Below are positions 36,361 through 39,735 of a stretch of 39,735 bases of DNA, in pieces. The stretch is from NCBI GenBank assembly GCA_025603075.1, contig MU626432.1, positions 1 through 39,735 of the forward strand, given 5' to 3'. Under the pieces are notes generated by a model. The model was not told the origin of the DNA, did no database searches, and saw nothing but the letters and a program-made list of their open reading frames with translations. The stretch is from Neoconidiobolus thromboides FSU 785. Taxonomy: Eukaryota > Fungi > Entomophthoromycota. The first letter of the stretch is position 1. Every line of letters begins with the position of its first letter. A program made the position numbers and the translations under genes.

Positions 36361-37141
36361 ATAAAATTTTATAATATTATAGTATTATTAATTTAAAAAT
36401 ATAGAATATTTAAATATCAATGGTATTTTATACTTTTGTATTATATAATTAGTATAATTAGTCCTTTTACAAAAAACATCTGTTTTTGCAAGGAAAATTT
36501 AGAAGTATAGAATAACACAACAGTAAAAAAAATTATGCCGCAATCAATAATCATTCTATTTCTAACAAGAGCTAGCGTCAGTTATGGGAAAACTCGATAT
36601 TGATGTTTTAAAAACCATTACTATACTCTTGTGTTGGTCTTTTTATCCCATTTATATTATAATGATTTTTAAATATTTAAATATAATACTACTGTGTCTG
36701 ACCTAAAATTATATACACTTACCCATATATAGTGAATACAATTTAATTTTATGATGTTTGCCAAATTTTGACTTTATTATTGAAATTTACTAATTTGCCT
36801 TATTAGTAAAAGAAACTAATATAATAAAGCTGCCAATCATATGAATACTTTAATATTTGTATAGTAAAGATAAACAAAAAGGCAATTAAAGGCACTTAGT
36901 CTCTTTTGTAATAAATAAAGGGTAAGTGAGGTTTTGGAGATCGTTTTTGAAAAACCATAAAGGAACTAAAAATGAAGAATAAAAAAATATAAACAATCAA
37001 TACAGTTTTATTTAAAGTCGACTATAAAATGAAACTGTAGTTTGTTTTCGTTAAAATGTTATAAATTAATAAAATTATTAACATTATGATAGTAGCAGAT
37101 GTCAAAATAATTTGCCAAAAGTTCCTTCAAAATTTAATATA

Positions 37142-37239
37142 TAGGAATGTGTTTTTGTATTTAAGAATTTTACTAACAATTTTTCCACTCAAATAGCGCT
37201 TAAAAGATGGAAAAGTAATGAAGTCAAAAAAACATCTTG
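37142..37239 (+). mobile_element. MITE copy D
   Basis: TA|TAGGAATGTGTTTTTG...CCACTCAAATAGCGCTTAAAAGATGG...AAAAAACATCTTG|TA. Confidence 0.85.
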
Positions 37240-37426
37240 TATGCAATTTTAAGAGAAATAAATAAAAATATTATAATAAAAAATATATATAAGGTTAAAA
37301 ATTAAAAATTGATTTATTCATAATGTTACTAATACTATTGATGTATTAATTAAGGTTATAAAAAATGATTAAAAAGCAAAATATATAATAGATTTTTTAA
37401 TAATTTTTTAATAATTTTCTAATACA

Positions 37427-37522
37427 TGGGAGTATTTTTTTACTTCACTTTTTCTATCTTTTAAGCGCTATTTGAGTGGAAAAATTCTTAGTAAGATTCT
37501 TAAACACAAAAACACATTCACA
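37427..37522 (-). mobile_element. MITE copy E
   Basis: TGGGAGTATTTTTTT...AAGCGCTATTTGAGTGG...CAAAAACACATTCACA|TA. Confidence 0.8.
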
Positions 37523-37560
37523 TATATACAATTTAATACTTTGGAGTTAAAATTAAAATA

Positions 37561-37658
37561 TAGAGATGTATTTCTGTTTTTAAGAGTTTTACTAAGAATT
37601 TTTTCGCTCAAATAGAACTTGAAAGATGGAAGCGATGAAGTCAAAAAAAACATTGTCA
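37561..37658 (+). mobile_element. MITE copy F, abutting LTR-like copy 2
   Basis: TA|TAGAGATGTATTTCTG...CGCTCAAATAGAACTTGAAAGATGG...AAAAAAACATTGTCA|T, followed immediately by TGTGAAA. Confidence 0.75.
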
Positions 37659-37659
37659 T

Positions 37660-38122
37660 TGTGAAATCTGGTATTCAGTGATTGGAGTCAAAAATAGCTA
37701 TTTGTTGGTTGAATATACTGTAAGTCGAAAGGTCTTAGTTTATGTGACTAAGATAGTCTTGAATTATGAAAAATGCCATACAATAAGTTACGAACTATGT
37801 AAGATAAATAGAATAAACAATATTACTGTAAATTCTACGTAAAATACTATCAGAAAGATTTAGCCGCTATATTAAAGGTACAATATCAATGAGTAGTTTA
37901 ATTAAAAAGCCTCGAGTTATTATGTTCTAAAATCTCTTTTATACCCCAACAAGTATAGATATCAAAACGAGAGGATGATATTCTTTGCAATGAAGTTAGA
38001 AATTCTAATAATAAGTTGAAGTAAAAGGTTTGGGATTGACTGTGTCTGAACTTGAGAACACAATGACTTAAGTAATTGTTACGTTATAGTTAATTATAGA
38101 GCTGACAAAGCGATATTTCACG
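37660..38122 (-). mobile_element. Solo-LTR-like repeat copy 2, inverted relative to copy 1
   Basis: Reverse complement of 33565-34026; termini TGTGAAATC...ATTTCACG. Confidence 0.75.
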
Positions 38123-38380
38123 AAATCTAATTTAAATAATTATTATAAAGTTTATAATTTTAGTTGGAGCTATATCAGATTTTTTAAATTTACTAGACAC
38201 TAGCTAATAATATAACTTATTACTATATTTAATAAAATATAAACGTTTTTTAATATTCTATATTTTTATTACTTTTTTTATATCTTTGTTTTTTATTACT
38301 GATAGTTAAATTGTTGATTTTATTATTTTATTATTTTATTATTTTTTGAATACAAAACATCAAACTTTAACACTGGTATA

Positions 38381-38480
38381 AGGGGATGTTTTTTTGGCTT
38401 TGTTATTTTTTACATCTTTTAAGCGCTATTTAAATGGAAAAGTTATTAGTAAAATTCTCAAATACAAAAACACATCTCCA
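38381..38480 (-). mobile_element. MITE copy G
   Basis: TA|AGGGGATGTTTTTTTGG...AAGCGCTATTTAAATGG...CAAAAACACATCTCCA|TA. Confidence 0.85.
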
Positions 38481-38837
38481 TAACTTGTTTATTATAATAG
38501 TCTAACTTTATTAAATCTGATTTTGTATTTATGTTTATATTTTATCTAACTTAAAATTGTTATGTAACTTTTATTACTTGATTTTTTAATAACTTTATTA
38601 AACATGCTTTTTTAAGTATCAATATAAAATTTATGTAATCTATAACTTTTTTTATCAAAAAAGTTTTTTATCTCTGCTTCATTTTTTATTGTTGTATTTT
38701 TTTAAACGATTTTTTTTAATTACATGCTGAGTATGTATATTACATAAATCTGCTTCTCTTGCTGTATTTTTAAAATCAATTGGTATATATATAGTATTGA
38801 CCTAACTACTGTTTTACCTTTTAAATTATTAAAATAT

Positions 38838-38935
38838 TTGGGATGTATTTTTGCGTTTAAAAATCTTATTAACAATCTTTCCACTCAAATAGTGCTTGAA
38901 AGATAGAAAAAGTGATGAAGTTGAAAACGCCTTCA
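38838..38935 (+). mobile_element. MITE copy H
   Basis: TTGGGATGTATTTTTGCG...CCACTCAAATAGTGCTTGAAAGATAG...GAAAACGCCTTCA|TA. Confidence 0.8.
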
Positions 38936-39151
38936 TATGATAACTGGAGGGTTTTTTATGTTCTTAATAACAGGTTAAAGTATTAATATTTTGTTATTAT
39001 TAATTGTTTTTAAATAATGATATTTGTTTTCATTTATATTAAATCCAAAACCTTTACATTTATCGAAAATACATATTAAAACTATAATTGATGATGATGC
39101 TATTTATTGATTTTTATTCAGCTTAAGCTTTTTTAAATTTATCTAGTTATA

Positions 39152-39251
39152 TGGGGATGTGTTTTTTTGCTTAATAATTTTACTAAAAAATTTTTCACTC
39201 GAATAGTACTTAAAAAATGTAAAAAGTTATGAAACCAAAAAAACAGCCCCA
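39152..39251 (+). mobile_element. MITE copy I, with the best-preserved TIRs
   Basis: TA|TGGGGATGTGTTTTTTTG...CCAAAAAAACAGCCCCA|TA: imperfect TIRs of ~17-18 bp with TA on both sides. Confidence 0.9.
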
Positions 39252-39380
39252 TATATCAAAAACTTAAAAATTTAAGAATTTGAAATTTAGATTAATTTAA
39301 ACATCTCTAGATAGGATTTTAAGTAGAAGAGAATATCTGTAATTTTCTTATGAAATATAACAATGATTTAGATTAGATTT

Positions 39381-39735
39381 TGTGAAATATCGCTTTGTCA
39401 GTTCCATGGTTAATTATAGTATAATAATCGCCTAAGCTGTTGTGTTCTCGAGTTCAAAGAAAATCAACCCCATGTTCTTAGTTTGATTTGTTATAAGAAT
39501 TTCTAGCTTCATCCCAAATATTATCTTCTCATTTTGATATTTATACTTTTCAGAGTATAAAAGAGTTTACAGAGTATAGTAGTTCGAGGCTTTTTAACTG
39601 AATTATTCCCTGATATCTCGAACATTTAATAAAGCCACTAAGTTTTCTTAATAGTATTTTACGTAGATTTTACATTAGTATTGTCTATTCTACTTGTCTT
39701 ATATAGCATGTAACCTATTACATGCTATTCCTCAT
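39381..39735 (+). mobile_element. Solo-LTR-like repeat copy 3, more diverged and truncated by the window end
   Basis: Starts TGTGAAATATCGCTTTGTCAG and shares GTGTTCTC, GTATAAAAGAG, CGAGGCTTTTTAA and TAGTATTTTACGTAG with copies 1 and 2. Confidence 0.7.

Noticed and set aside
37468-37659. 63-aa minus-strand ORF
   Set aside because: Runs through MITE copies E and F; not a transposase or a real gene.
33565-38122. Single 4.6-kb element with 460-bp TIRs (Pack-MULE- or Polinton-like) carrying bioF
   Set aside because: There is no TSD at the outer ends, each repeat has its own TG..CA termini, and a third independent copy starts at 39381. Kept only as an inversion/conversion hypothesis.
1-39735. Genome-wide TGA=Trp reassignment
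   Set aside because: The conserved Trp codons checked in intact genes (M50B, NDUFA13, GVP36, Nic96, DUF4436) are TGG, and four genes end plausibly at TGA. A real reassignment in an AT-rich genome would make TGA common in frame.
1-39735. tRNA, rRNA or snoRNA genes
   Set aside because: No cloverleaf, A/B-box pair or convincing C/D box pair was recognised by eye; tRNAscan-SE or Infernal would be needed to exclude them.

Overview
Very AT-rich eukaryotic DNA with short (~30-60 nt) GT..AG introns and a fungal gene set. It is most consistent with an early-diverging fungus, possibly Zoopagomycota-like (inference). The left ~27.5 kb is gene-dense: a mitochondrial DEAD-box helicase (MRH4-like), a divergent CLASP_N/STU1-like protein, Nic96/Nup93, peptidase M50B-like, NDUFA13/GRIM-19, a TMEM209/Pom34-like nuclear-envelope protein, prefoldin 2, an inverted pair of DUF4436 membrane-protein paralogs, a TMEM70-family protein, a hypothetical protein and a GVP36-like BAR protein. 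The right ~12 kb is a decaying, repeat-rich zone. It holds an intron-retaining DNMT1-type cytosine methyltransferase pseudogene (RFTS-BAH-BAH-MTase) with stops, frameshifts, G>A/C>T-type changes and a ~100-bp TA-flanked MITE inserted just before motif X. It also holds an intact, intronless bioF ending in peroxisomal SKL, lying between two inverted ~460-bp solo-LTR-like repeats. Nine copies of the MITE family are visible in the window. Other notable signals are sharply bounded gene-conversion-like tracts between inverted repeats and an in-frame TGA at a paralog Trp codon followed by 67 open codons. No tRNA, rRNA or CRISPR array was recognised. Family calls come from motif recall and identities were judged by eye; no searches were run.
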